DNA from: Promethearchaeota archaeon
Lineage (GTDB): Archaea; Asgardarchaeota; Lokiarchaeia; Sigyniarchaeales; SOKP01
DNA: 64,000 bases
Reading direction: 5' to 3'
Assembly (NCBI GenBank): GCA_019058365.1
Contig: JAHPZE010000025.1
Coordinates: 1-64,000, forward strand
Of this stretch, positions 1 to 10,551 are shown piece by piece. Both the position numbers and the translations under genes were made by a program. Numbering within the stretch: the stretch's first letter is position 1; each line of letters starts with the position of its first letter. The notes below the pieces were generated by a model. That model ran no database searches, was not told where the DNA came from, and worked only from the letters and a program-made list of their open reading frames with translations.

Positions 1-118
1 TAAGATTTAATTCAAGTTAAAGGGATTTAGACTTTAAAATCCTTTGGTACTGTCTCTTTTTTAAAACTTTCCTCACCTAGTTTTTAAATGGTTAGTATTA
101 TTAATTAATATAATTATT

Positions 119-994
119 TTAGGCAATGAATAGAATTCCAATGCCAAATCCCCCTTGATTCCAATCTTTAACTATTTCACGAAAATTATATTCTTCTCGA
201 ATCTCTCTCCAGAAATTAGGAACTTTACCAACATTGCTATATGAACCAGGAACAATGTCATGAAAACATATTAAACCACCAGATTTAACTAAGGATTTAT
301 ACATTTCAAAATCCTTTTTTACACCATTATAAGTATGTTCTCCATCAATAAATAAAAGATCTAATTTTCTATTATCTAAAATTTCTTTAATTTTTTTGAA
401 TGTGGAGAGATCATGGGAATCTCCTCTTATGAATATACATTTTTGCTTTTTTCGAATAAATTTCTCAAAAAAAGAAGGATTATTCGGAAAATTCCTACTT
501 CCAACTCTTATCTCTGGTAGATCAACAGAAATTATAACTGCATTAGCTGATGAATATCTTGATAATAAAAACAGAGTCCCTCCCATTGCTGTACCAATTT
601 CAAGTACCATTTTTGGCTTAATTTTCTTGATCAATTTTAAAAATTCAAGTAATTCAAATTTATTTTGAAAACTAACTATATGTATTTTATACTTTAGTAG
701 AGGAGGAATATCTGAAAGAGTAAATCGAAAAGATAAGCCTAGATTAATAATTTCTTCCATACTTTTTGCTTTAGCTGTTAATCTCTTCAGTTCATTTAAT
801 GCTAGGATATTTGTTGTATTCCTTGCTAAATTCTTGAGGTTTTCCCCACTAAGAGAATAAAACTTATTAATGCCGTGCCTACCTCTTAAAACAATATGAT
901 AAAAAAGAAGACTTCCCAGAAAAGTAGATGTAGCATTTTTGAAAAATTGAGTTAAAAATTTATCAATTAAAAATCTTAGTTTTAAATATAACAT
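119..994 (-). CDS. Class I SAM-dependent methyltransferase (Methyltransf_24-like), probable glycan O-methyltransferase
   Basis: VLEIGTAMGGT motif I, LDLLFIDGEHTY and FHDI; paralogue of 29968..30735. Confidence 0.8.
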   Translation of the reverse strand: MLYLKLRFLIDKFLTQFFKNATSTFLGSLLFYHIVLRGRHGINKFYSLSGENLKNLARNTTNILALNELKRLTAKAKSMEEIINLGLSFRFTLSDIPPLLKYKIHIVSFQNKFELLEFLKLIKKIKPKMVLEIGTAMGGTLFLLSRYSSANAVIISVDLPEIRVGSRNFPNNPSFFEKFIRKKQKCIFIRGDSHDLSTFKKIKEILDNRKLDLLFIDGEHTYNGVKKDFEMYKSLVKSGGLICFHDIVPGSYSNVGKVPNFWREIREEYNFREIVKDWNQGGFGIGILFIA

Positions 995-999
995 TTTTG

Positions 1000-2025
1000 T
1001 TATACATAAATAAGAAATCTATTTAATATATTTAACAACTTTCTAAAGACTTTTATTCTTTGTAAATTACCTAGTAGAATTGGATCTAATGTTTTTGATA
1101 GTTTCTGATAGGGTAAAAGTTCTCCTTCTCTTTTTGATTTTTCTCTCATGTTTTTTAAATGCTTGATATTAAATATAAGCTCTAGATAAATCTCAAGCCT
1201 AACCCTAAATTTTCTAATAAAAAACGAATGAAATATTAAGATTAACTCTACAATTATGATGATTGGTAATAATTTACGTACATCATTAATATTTCTAAGA
1301 ATAAGAAGAAACCTATTTCGTTCAAGGAAGTAGTATTGAAATTCATTTAGTGTTTGAAATTTTTTTTGATGGATTAGAAAAGGATCATTGGTTGTATATA
1401 TTTTGTATCCATTTCTTAGCAATCTTAAAGATAGATCGGTATCCTCATAATACATAAAGAATTTTTTGTAAAATCCTCCCATTTTTAAGAAGAATTCTTT
1501 TTTTATAAATAGTGTTCCCCCTGAAAATCTTTGAGTTCTTTTTATAATCTTATTTTTGGGTAATTCCTCACCAACTTCAGGTGTATAGGAGAATCCAAGA
1601 AAATGATTTTTTGCTCCAAAGTAATGAATTTTACCTGTTTCAAAAACCAATGCTGGAGATATGACAATTTCGGGACTTTTTTTAAAATTTTTATAGATTT
1701 GTGTTAGCTTTTCAAAAAAGTCAGGAGGGAACAGGACATCTTGATTTGTTATAAAGACAAATTCACCCTTGGAATTTCTTACTCCCAAATTACACGCTCC
1801 CGCAAATCCTTCATTGATGCTATTTTCAATTAGTTTGATGTTCACATCATTTTCATAAGATTTTATAGTATTCACAGTTGAATCTGTTGACATATTATCA
1901 ACAATAACGAGTTCAATTTCATCTAAATTATTTAGAGCTTTTATGGACTCTAAATTTTTCTTTAGACATCTTGCTCCATTAAAAGCAGGAATAATAATTG
2001 AAATCGAAGGATTTACTTTTTGCAT
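1000..2025 (-). CDS. GT2 family glycosyltransferase
   Basis: ISIIIPAFN, VDNMSTD, NEGFAGACNLG, FFMYYEDTDL. Confidence 0.9.
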   Translation of the reverse strand: MQKVNPSISIIIPAFNGARCLKKNLESIKALNNLDEIELVIVDNMSTDSTVNTIKSYENDVNIKLIENSINEGFAGACNLGVRNSKGEFVFITNQDVLFPPDFFEKLTQIYKNFKKSPEIVISPALVFETGKIHYFGAKNHFLGFSYTPEVGEELPKNKIIKRTQRFSGGTLFIKKEFFLKMGGFYKKFFMYYEDTDLSLRLLRNGYKIYTTNDPFLIHQKKFQTLNEFQYYFLERNRFLLILRNINDVRKLLPIIIIVELILIFHSFFIRKFRVRLEIYLELIFNIKHLKNMREKSKREGELLPYQKLSKTLDPILLGNLQRIKVFRKLLNILNRFLIYV

Positions 2026-2151
2026 AATTTTAAGATTTCCGAAAAATTCGAAGAATATACAATAAATATAAACAGTTACTTTATTATTAATTATTTTGCT
2101 AAATAAATATAGATTTAATAATTTTATGAAGGATTTCTATAAATAAAAACA

Positions 2152-4437
2152 ATGGATAGCATCTATTCCATAACGGAGAATATAGTCTATTTTATAAGAA
2201 CCAGAATTCAATTAATCACTTTTCTAATTTCATTGTTTTCTATCTTTTTTATCTTCTTAAAATTAATAAATATAGAAATTATTACATGGATTTCTATGAA
2301 TCCAATTCTTTTATTTGTTATTCAATTTTTAATAAGATCAAGTGCTAATTTTGCAATATTATTCTTGCCTACTTATCCGCTTATTTTTCTTGTACTTAAG
2401 AACAATTTATACCATTTTCGAGAAAAGTTAGGGATTGTAATTGTTTTAAATTTATCATTCTACATTATAATTGGATTTATTGGATCTTGGATTAATTTAC
2501 CTATAACTTTTGAGTATTTCTTTTTTATTATGCTCTTAACTTATTTTTCACTCGTTCTAATAACGATTTTTTTTAGTTATCGTCGAGGAACAACTTTGTT
2601 TTTTAAAAAAGCAGAAAATATTGGGTTTAAACGATTAATAGAGGAAAAATCTTCTTTATATAGATATATTATTAAATATGTCTCACTAAATGGGATTTTG
2701 TTATTTATTTTCATCGGTTTAATTTGTATTTTAAATCTTGTAAATACAAGTATTTTTGCGGGAGTTGATCCATGGCTTCATATTTCAATCGTTAGGTATA
2801 TAACAGAAGTAAACTATATTCCAATGAACGAGTATTATGGAGCATTAGGATTGCACATATTTGGAGCCGTGATTTACTTCTTTTCTGGAGTGAATCTAAT
2901 TTTATTACCAAAATGCTTTATTTTTTATACAATTCCTTTATCTTCATTAATTTTGTATAATATACTCATGAGGATATTTAAAAATAAGAATCTGGCTACA
3001 TTTGGAGTCTTTTTATTGGTATCGTCATTTGGATTTTCTTGGTTTATGATGGTTCAATTTTGGCCCTCGGGTATTGCATTAATACAAGGATTAGTTATAT
3101 TTTTTATTCTTTATGTAAGATTACAAGGTTTAATTAAGGAAGATATCCCAAAAAGGGAAGATATTTCCTCAAATATTTTATTTTCATACATTTTATCAAT
3201 ATTTATATTCGTAAGCGCTTTACTAACCCATTCGTTAATAGCAGTGCTTTTACTAATCTCCTATGTATGGATTTATTTGATATATTTTGTTAAAAATTAT
3301 AGAAGGGGTTTTGATTTATTACTTTTATTATTATTTTTCAGTATTTTTTTAATTTTTTACACTTTCCATATTAGTACTGGGCATTTCCAAGTTTTTGATC
3401 CATTTAGAATTATACCATGGTATTATCTACTTTTTGGAGCTTTAACTATTATATTTGTAGTAGCCTTAATTCTTTTACATTACCGAAAATCAATTAGTTT
3501 TACCAGAGGATTATTTACATTAATAATAGGTGGTAATAAAAAGAAACACTATAAAAAAATAGAAGATAAAATAATATTTCCATTAGTTTTTAGTTTAACA
3601 ATAACTCTTGGAATTGTTTTCACTCTCTTTACTCTAACTCTTTTCAATATATCTATAATATATATATTTTATTTTATGGATATGCTCATCCTTAGTTCCT
3701 TTGCGATATGGGGAATGTTAATTTTTCAATATAAACCAAGAGGGAAACCATTGTTTTTCTGGGGACTAGCACTTGATTTACTATTTTTATTAATGTTTTT
3801 ATATGATGCGATGATCGGATTTACTACTTTCTTTTTAAGAGTATTTTATATAACGACAATAATAATTACAATAGGGTTTGTATCTTATCTGTATAAACTC
3901 ATTAAAAATGACTCATTTCAACATAGAAAATTCAAATTTTTTTTAATTTTTATTGTTATTTTTTCAGTGTTAAACCAAAACTTATATGATTCAACTAATA
4001 TAGATTTTTTTTGTTTAAGAAAACGAGAAGTGAATTCTATACAATGGTATTCAAATTATACATCAAACAAAGATGTGATCATTTCAAAATTTGGCTGGTA
4101 TGCCATTTTTATATATTATGATTATCCTTTTGAAGATAAGAATAAAAATTTTCCTTTAGAATCAATTCATAACTTTATATTAGTAGATAACCAATTAGTT
4201 CATCCAAATTTACACATTTCTAATGGCACAAACATATTAAAAAATTTGAAATTAACTTATAATACTGATGTTGTTTTAGTATTTCCAGAAGAATATTATT
4301 CACCATTTAGCTGGACATTTTTCGATCAACTTAGTGAAGAAGAAATAGAATCTTATTATAATCTAGATTATTTAAATAGAATTTTTTCAGCGAAAGGAGA
4401 ATTTGGTGGAGATTTACCTTATTATTGGGTTATTTAA
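2152..4437 (+). CDS. Polytopic membrane protein, possible GT-C fold glycosyltransferase
   Basis: Many hydrophobic TM segments, a loop motif GVDPWLH typical of GT-C proteins, a soluble C-terminal domain, and glycan-cluster context. Confidence 0.55.
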   Translation: MDSIYSITENIVYFIRTRIQLITFLISLFSIFFIFLKLINIEIITWISMNPILLFVIQFLIRSSANFAILFLPTYPLIFLVLKNNLYHFREKLGIVIVLNLSFYIIIGFIGSWINLPITFEYFFFIMLLTYFSLVLITIFFSYRRGTTLFFKKAENIGFKRLIEEKSSLYRYIIKYVSLNGILLFIFIGLICILNLVNTSIFAGVDPWLHISIVRYITEVNYIPMNEYYGALGLHIFGAVIYFFSGVNLILLPKCFIFYTIPLSSLILYNILMRIFKNKNLATFGVFLLVSSFGFSWFMMVQFWPSGIALIQGLVIFFILYVRLQGLIKEDIPKREDISSNILFSYILSIFIFVSALLTHSLIAVLLLISYVWIYLIYFVKNYRRGFDLLLLLLFFSIFLIFYTFHISTGHFQVFDPFRIIPWYYLLFGALTIIFVVALILLHYRKSISFTRGLFTLIIGGNKKKHYKKIEDKIIFPLVFSLTITLGIVFTLFTLTLFNISIIYIFYFMDMLILSSFAIWGMLIFQYKPRGKPLFFWGLALDLLFLLMFLYDAMIGFTTFFLRVFYITTIIITIGFVSYLYKLIKNDSFQHRKFKFFLIFIVIFSVLNQNLYDSTNIDFFCLRKREVNSIQWYSNYTSNKDVIISKFGWYAIFIYYDYPFEDKNKNFPLESIHNFILVDNQLVHPNLHISNGTNILKNLKLTYNTDVVLVFPEEYYSPFSWTFFDQLSEEEIESYYNLDYLNRIFSAKGEFGGDLPYYWVI

Positions 4438-4566
4438 TCAGTTTTTACTCTAATCTAAAAAGAATCCAAACCTAATAGTAATTTAAATAAATTTTAAGAA
4501 GTTTTGTAAATATTTTTAAGAAGAAAGTCTATTTGTAATAATAGTAAGAAATACAAATTTTTAACT

Positions 4567-6249
4567 GTGGTAATTGTGGATAAAAAGCGAATCTTAAAAG
4601 AGGCTCAACGAATAGCAAAAGATTTTTCTTTTTGGATGGTTTCAGGAAATATAGCTCATTTATATGGCTATGTGCATCAAACTCCTGATGTAAAATATGA
4701 GTTAGAAATTAAATTTGAAGAAGATTTTCCAAATACTCCCCCTCAAATGATTTATCACAATGAAGTTAAAGAGCTATTAGGAGATTTTCAGTTAAATAAT
4801 ATTATTAATTGGACAGCTAATTCGGTTGTAGTTAATATTATACATGAGCTCAAAGTAAAAATTGAAGATGCTCTAAAGCCAAAAGAAGAAATACCAAAAC
4901 GACAAATGATCCCTATAGAAGAAGAGCAAATAGTTAATAATTCATCTGAAAAGGAAGATTATCTTACACCTGATCTAAATGCTTACCCTCCAGATTTTCC
5001 CTATGATGAACATGTTACTCTTTTAGATTCAGCTAGTGATTTATTTTTTACCGAAGAATCGTACGAGAGCACTCCAAATGATTCTGATTCTGCCTTTGTC
5101 GGAGATTCTGATTATGAACCTAAAATGTCCATTCAAGAAGATTTTACAGAAGAAAGAGGAGAATTAAGCGTAGCTATTAATACTGAATTAGGTTTAATTC
5201 AAGAACAATATGCTTATGATCAATCAGGATCCATGGGAGCTCAAATTAATGTGTATATCACTATCACTCTTACCAAAACATTCATAATTTCAATAGATTT
5301 CATGAATTATCCTGAAAGACCAATTATAACTTTGCCTGCTGAAGCAAAAAGCATTTTGCAAGATCCTTATAACTCATTAGACACTTTAAAGGATTGGAAT
5401 CCTAAAAAACCTTCACATATAGTAGATATATTGCATGAGTTGGAGAAAAAACTATATTTTATAAAAGAAATCGAATCTCAATCTAAAAAAATTTCAGGAG
5501 AATATCAATGTGAAAAAGTGCCTGATAGTTTAACTACATTAAAAGTTCAATTATTAACATATGGATTCAAAGAATATACATTGGAGATTGATTTAGATTC
5601 TTACCCCAAACCTCCTAAGATTAATCCATCTTCAGAATTACAGCAAATTATTAAAATTCCCGTCACAGAATTAAAAGTTTATAAAAACTGGGAAGTAAAT
5701 GAATCTGAATCAGTTGAAATCGTAAGAGAGATCTCTTGGTTAGTAGATAAAAATTCAAGAATTAACTTTGAAATAGATTTATTAAAAGATCATTATAAAA
5801 AAATAGAATATGAACCATCCACGGCAACACTGCTAGTAGAAATGAAAGGAAAAATGAAATCAGAAGATCTAACTTTTGAATTTCAAATAAAATTGCCACA
5901 TGATTATCCAATGAAAATGCCTGAACTGAAAGTTTTAAATGAATTCGAACTTGAAGCTCATGAGAAAATTAAAAATGATTTGTACACATCATTTGATGAC
6001 TTTTTTAAAGAATGGACACCCTTTAGTTATCTTGTTGATTTATTCAATCTTATATCCAAGAAAATTTTCGAAGTCTCGGTAGTCTCGTGTGTGATATGCC
6101 ATAAAATCGAATGTCCAAGCTGTTCTAAAAAAATTGCTGGTGACGACAAATGTCATGCTGAATGCCCACATTGTAATAGAGCATATCATGCCCATTGCTG
6201 GGAGCAAACGATTAAATCATTTGGTAAATGTGGTTTCTGTTTAAGGTAA
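4567..6249 (+). CDS. Tandem UEV/RWD (E2-like) repeat protein with C-terminal RING-variant zinc finger; putative E3 ubiquitin ligase (FANCL/BRE-like)
   Basis: Four [YF]Pxx(x)P...W repeats (DFPNTPP, NYPERP, SYPKPP, DYPMKMP), KRILKE N-terminal helix, C-terminal CPHCxxxxHxHC...CGFC. Confidence 0.75.
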   Translation: MVIVDKKRILKEAQRIAKDFSFWMVSGNIAHLYGYVHQTPDVKYELEIKFEEDFPNTPPQMIYHNEVKELLGDFQLNNIINWTANSVVVNIIHELKVKIEDALKPKEEIPKRQMIPIEEEQIVNNSSEKEDYLTPDLNAYPPDFPYDEHVTLLDSASDLFFTEESYESTPNDSDSAFVGDSDYEPKMSIQEDFTEERGELSVAINTELGLIQEQYAYDQSGSMGAQINVYITITLTKTFIISIDFMNYPERPIITLPAEAKSILQDPYNSLDTLKDWNPKKPSHIVDILHELEKKLYFIKEIESQSKKISGEYQCEKVPDSLTTLKVQLLTYGFKEYTLEIDLDSYPKPPKINPSSELQQIIKIPVTELKVYKNWEVNESESVEIVREISWLVDKNSRINFEIDLLKDHYKKIEYEPSTATLLVEMKGKMKSEDLTFEFQIKLPHDYPMKMPELKVLNEFELEAHEKIKNDLYTSFDDFFKEWTPFSYLVDLFNLISKKIFEVSVVSCVICHKIECPSCSKKIAGDDKCHAECPHCNRAYHAHCWEQTIKSFGKCGFCLR

Positions 6250-6326
6250 ATCTGAATGAGTTTTTAGGTATATTCATTAAATTTTTTAATTTAAACTTCT
6301 TATTATAAACATTCATATTTTTTTAG

Positions 6327-9300
6327 ATGGTTTTAGTGGAAATATTGGATAAGAAGCTGAATTTAAAAGAATTAGAAGAAAACATATTGGAATTCTGGAA
6401 AGATCAAGAGATCTATTCATTGATAAGAAAAAATGAAGAAGGAAAAGAAGTTTGGCGATTTATAGATGGACCTCCCTATACTACAGGCTCCATTCATCTT
6501 GGAACAGCGTGGAATAAAGTGTTAAAGGATTATTTAATAAAATACAAACGGATGAGAGGGTTTAAAGTTACAGATACTCCCGGTTATGATACTCATGGAT
6601 TGCCGATAGAAGTTCAAATGGAAAAGGAATTAGGAATTCAAAATAAGCAAGAAATTCAAGAATATGGGATTGATAAATTCATTAAGAATTGCAAGGAATA
6701 TGCTAAAAAGAATCTTAAAATAATGAACGAACAATTTAAAAGATTAGGATGCTACTTCTGGGACTGGGAAAATCCATACATTACCTTTAAAAATAGTTAT
6801 ATTGAAGGAATTTGGTGGACATTAAAGAAAGCTTGGGAAAATAATTTATTATATCAATTTTATAGACCTTTGAATTGTTGCCCTAGATGTGCAACAGCGC
6901 TCGCTAAGCATGAACATGAGTATAAAAATATTATAGATACTAGTTTGTTCCTAAAAATAAAATCTGTAGATATGGAAAAAACATATTTTATAATCTGGAC
7001 AACAACACCATGGACATTGGTTGCTAATGAAGCTATAATGGCAAATCCATTCATCGAATATGGTAAAGTATATATTGAAGATCTTGATGAATATTGGATC
7101 TTATCGAAAGCTTCAATAACTCATCTTATCTCGGGAGAACTTGGTTATAAATATAAAATTGTAGAAGATTTTACAGGTGAAGATCTAGAAGGGATGAAAT
7201 ATATTCATCCACTTTTAGAAGAAGTACCTTTTCAAAAAGAGTTAGAAAAGCAAAGCGATACAGTTCATTCTATTATATTATCTGAAGAATATGTTTCAGC
7301 TTCAGAGGGTGTAGGTTTAGTTCATTCCGCTCCTGGTCATGGTCCTGAAGATTTTGAAGTTGGTGTTGCTAATAATATTCCTGTTTTTACGCCAGTAGAT
7401 ATAAAAGGAGAATATACTGAAGAAGCGGGAAAATTTAAAGGAAAGTTCGTTTTTGATGCAAATGAAGAGATTTTAGGGTTGTTAAAACAAAAAGGTACAT
7501 TAATTTTAACTAATGAAATAGAACATGAATACGCACACTGTTGGAGATGTGATTCAAAATTAGTATATAGAGCTACAAATCAGTGGTTCTTCAAAACAGA
7601 AAGCCTTGTTCCAGAATTACTTGAAAAGAATGGAGAGATTTATTGGATCCCTGACTGGGCTGGGAGTAGATGGTTTAACAGTTGGTTAAGTTCATTAAAG
7701 GATTGGTGTATTTCAAGACAACGTTTTTGGGGTATCCCTTTAAGCGTATGGATATGTGACAACGAAAAGTGTGGAGATACAACTGTGATAGGCTCAGCTA
7801 AAGAATTAAAAAAGGTAGCTGGAGAATGTCCTGAAGATTTACATCGCCCTTGGATTGATGAAGTTACATGGAAATGTAAAAAATGTAATGGTGGCATAAA
7901 AAGAAGAATTCCCGATATTCTAGATGTTTGGTTAGATTCAGGTTCTGTAATGTGGGCTGCCCAAGAAGTTTATGATGGGAAGAGTCATTTTGATACGTGG
8001 ATTCCCGCGAATTTTATACTTGAAGGAAAAGATCAAATAAGAGGATGGTTTAATACACTACTATGTAGTGCAATGGTATCATCAAGACGTAAAAATTATG
8101 AAGCTTGTTATATGCATGGCTGGACTTTAAGAGAAAAATTAAAAATGAGTAAATCAAAAGGAACTCAAATTTTGCCGGAAGATCTTATAGATGGTACCTT
8201 AGATGAACTTAAGAAAAACAAATCGTTTTCAAAAATAAAAGGAATTGAAACTTTTCGCTTTTATTCGATTGGTGTAACACAACCGGGTAGAGACTTCAAT
8301 TTTGTCGTTAAAGAATACGCTGATACCTACAAAATAATTAATACAATTTGGAATGTTTTTGTGTACGCTAATGAAAAATTCAAATTAGCGGGATTTGATC
8401 CTTCAAAGGAAAAATTGCAACAGAAAAATCTGAGTAAACTAGACAAATGGATGCTTTCAAGATTACATTCTACAATAAAAAAAATTACTCATTTAGCGGA
8501 TAATTATGAATTACCTTGGATTCCGGGTGAGTTAAGAGAGTTGATTGTGAATGATATAAGTAGATGGTATATAATGCTAAATCGAGAAAGACTTGATATC
8601 TATTCTGAAGATCCTAATAAACATATTATTATGTTAGTGTTATTTAAAACATTGTTTAATGTTCTTTTAATGTTATCACCCATAAATCCGATGATAAGTG
8701 AAGAAATATTTTTGAAAATGTTCAAACCATATTTAAATTCATTAGGTTTAGATGAAACAGAGAGTATACATTTACAAAATTGGCCTAAGTTTAATGAAAA
8801 CCTAATAAATTCAGAATTGGAAAAACAGATGCATTTTATCAGAGACTTAATAGAAATTATTCGAGCGTTAAAAGAAGAAAATAAAATAAGAATGAGATGG
8901 CCAAATAAAAAAATAATTATTGAGCCAAAAGATGAAATGCCTGAGATAATTTTTCCTCAAATAATTAAGAAGATTGCTAATGTTAAGGAGCTAGAAATTA
9001 AAGAGGGTGTTCACGCAAGTGATAACTTAGTTAAAGCTGAATCAAAATACTGCAATATTTATCTAGACAAAACAGTTGATGACAATTTATTAGCCGAACG
9101 AATAGTTAATGATTTAATAAGAAATATTCAATTTATTCGTAAAAAGAATGGATATAAAGTTGAAGAAAAAATATCTTTGAAGATTGGAGCGAATTTAGCT
9201 TATTTAAAAGATTTTCTTGAAAAACATCAAGATACTTTTAAAGATAAAATTAACGTGGAAAAGCTTGAAATCATTTCTGGAGATTTGACTGAAGAAGAAG

Positions 9301-9473
9301 GTAAGATTTTTGGAAAACTAAATATATGCCCTAACAGAGAATGCTCGGCTGCATTAAAGGATAATATTATTTCAAAACTTAAGAAAAAAACAGATATAAA
9401 ATGTCCACACTGTAATTCGGGCTTAAATGAGGATGCCATTAATTCGGTTACATTTAGTTTTGAGAAAAAATAA
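6327..9473 (+). CDS. ileS: Isoleucine--tRNA ligase (archaeal/eukaryotic type)
   Basis: DGPPYTTGSIHLG (HIGH), WTTTPWT, DWCISRQRFWG, EGKDQIRGWF, KMSKS. Confidence 0.97.
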   Translation: MVLVEILDKKLNLKELEENILEFWKDQEIYSLIRKNEEGKEVWRFIDGPPYTTGSIHLGTAWNKVLKDYLIKYKRMRGFKVTDTPGYDTHGLPIEVQMEKELGIQNKQEIQEYGIDKFIKNCKEYAKKNLKIMNEQFKRLGCYFWDWENPYITFKNSYIEGIWWTLKKAWENNLLYQFYRPLNCCPRCATALAKHEHEYKNIIDTSLFLKIKSVDMEKTYFIIWTTTPWTLVANEAIMANPFIEYGKVYIEDLDEYWILSKASITHLISGELGYKYKIVEDFTGEDLEGMKYIHPLLEEVPFQKELEKQSDTVHSIILSEEYVSASEGVGLVHSAPGHGPEDFEVGVANNIPVFTPVDIKGEYTEEAGKFKGKFVFDANEEILGLLKQKGTLILTNEIEHEYAHCWRCDSKLVYRATNQWFFKTESLVPELLEKNGEIYWIPDWAGSRWFNSWLSSLKDWCISRQRFWGIPLSVWICDNEKCGDTTVIGSAKELKKVAGECPEDLHRPWIDEVTWKCKKCNGGIKRRIPDILDVWLDSGSVMWAAQEVYDGKSHFDTWIPANFILEGKDQIRGWFNTLLCSAMVSSRRKNYEACYMHGWTLREKLKMSKSKGTQILPEDLIDGTLDELKKNKSFSKIKGIETFRFYSIGVTQPGRDFNFVVKEYADTYKIINTIWNVFVYANEKFKLAGFDPSKEKLQQKNLSKLDKWMLSRLHSTIKKITHLADNYELPWIPGELRELIVNDISRWYIMLNRERLDIYSEDPNKHIIMLVLFKTLFNVLLMLSPINPMISEEIFLKMFKPYLNSLGLDETESIHLQNWPKFNENLINSELEKQMHFIRDLIEIIRALKEENKIRMRWPNKKIIIEPKDEMPEIIFPQIIKKIANVKELEIKEGVHASDNLVKAESKYCNIYLDKTVDDNLLAERIVNDLIRNIQFIRKKNGYKVEEKISLKIGANLAYLKDFLEKHQDTFKDKINVEKLEIISGDLTEEEGKIFGKLNICPNRECSAALKDNIISKLKKKTDIKCPHCNSGLNEDAINSVTFSFEKK

Positions 9474-9478
9474 ATTCA

Positions 9479-10522
9479 TTAAACTCCATATTTTTTATAA
9501 TAATTTAACCAATACTCATACATTTCTTTTAGAGTATCTTCAATAGGAATCAAAACGTCCCATCCCAATTCGTTTTTAATTTTTGAATTATCTCCTAGAA
9601 TAATATCTTCATCAGTTTTTCTTAGTTTTTCTGGAATATTTTCTTTCACTTCAATTTTCTTTGATGAAAAACTCAATGCAATATTTAAAATTTGTCGAAT
9701 TTGAATCTTTTTTCCAGAACAGACATTATAAATTTCTCCAGGAGTTCCCTTAATCGCCGCTAACCAAATGGCGTTAATTGAATCTTTTACTCCAGTAAAA
9801 TCACGATAAGAATTTAGGTTTCCAACTTCAATTATGGGTTCTGATAATCCTAACTCGATTTGGGCCACTTTTCTAATGAAATCTGAAGTAGCATCATTAA
9901 TTCTACGAATTCCAGTTTGATTGAAAAATCTAAGATTAATAATTTCAATTCCAAAGTTTAAATAATATTGGCGAGCAAGAAGTTCAGCAGCGATTTTACT
10001 AATACCATAAGGATGTACTGCTAATAACGGATCGCTTTCTCTTAATGGACTATTAGTTTTAGCAGTTGTACCAAATTCGGTACTTGTGCAAGCTAATATG
10101 ACTCTTGCTTTAATTTTGTGTTTTTTTATCGGTTCAAAAACATTTATCGTTCCAATTACATTGGTTTCAATTGTATTAACTGGATCCTCCCAAGAAGCTA
10201 TTATGTAAGGTTGAGCAGCAAAATGAAATATAAATTTAGGTTTAATTTCGCTAACAATTCTCTCTAAAAGTGAAGCATTTTTTATATCACATTCTATGAT
10301 ATTTAACTTTCTATTATTGGTTGGAATTTTAATATTTTCACCAAAAAGGTTCAGTTTTTCATTATCAGAGAATGTTAATTTATTCTCTGTGTACTGAGCT
10401 AAATTTCTATATACTTGTTCTGGCCTCTCTATAGCATAAATATCAATATCTTTTTTGATACAAAAATCAATTAAATTAGACCCTAAAAAACCGTTAGCAC
10501 CTGTAATAATTATGTTATCCAT
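9479..10522 (-). CDS. GDP-sugar dehydratase/reductase (GMD/Rmd-like extended SDR)
   Basis: ITGANGFLG, FHFAAQ, HPYGISK, EVGNLNSYRDFT. Confidence 0.8.
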   Translation of the reverse strand: MDNIIITGANGFLGSNLIDFCIKKDIDIYAIERPEQVYRNLAQYTENKLTFSDNEKLNLFGENIKIPTNNRKLNIIECDIKNASLLERIVSEIKPKFIFHFAAQPYIIASWEDPVNTIETNVIGTINVFEPIKKHKIKARVILACTSTEFGTTAKTNSPLRESDPLLAVHPYGISKIAAELLARQYYLNFGIEIINLRFFNQTGIRRINDATSDFIRKVAQIELGLSEPIIEVGNLNSYRDFTGVKDSINAIWLAAIKGTPGEIYNVCSGKKIQIRQILNIALSFSSKKIEVKENIPEKLRKTDEDIILGDNSKIKNELGWDVLIPIEDTLKEMYEYWLNYYKKYGV

Positions 10523-10551
10523 TTTAAACTATAATTCCATTCTACTTAACT

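Noticed and set aside
1-118. AGGTGAGG SD-like motif on the minus strand at the left edge
   Set aside because: The downstream frames checked close quickly, so no gene can be supported.
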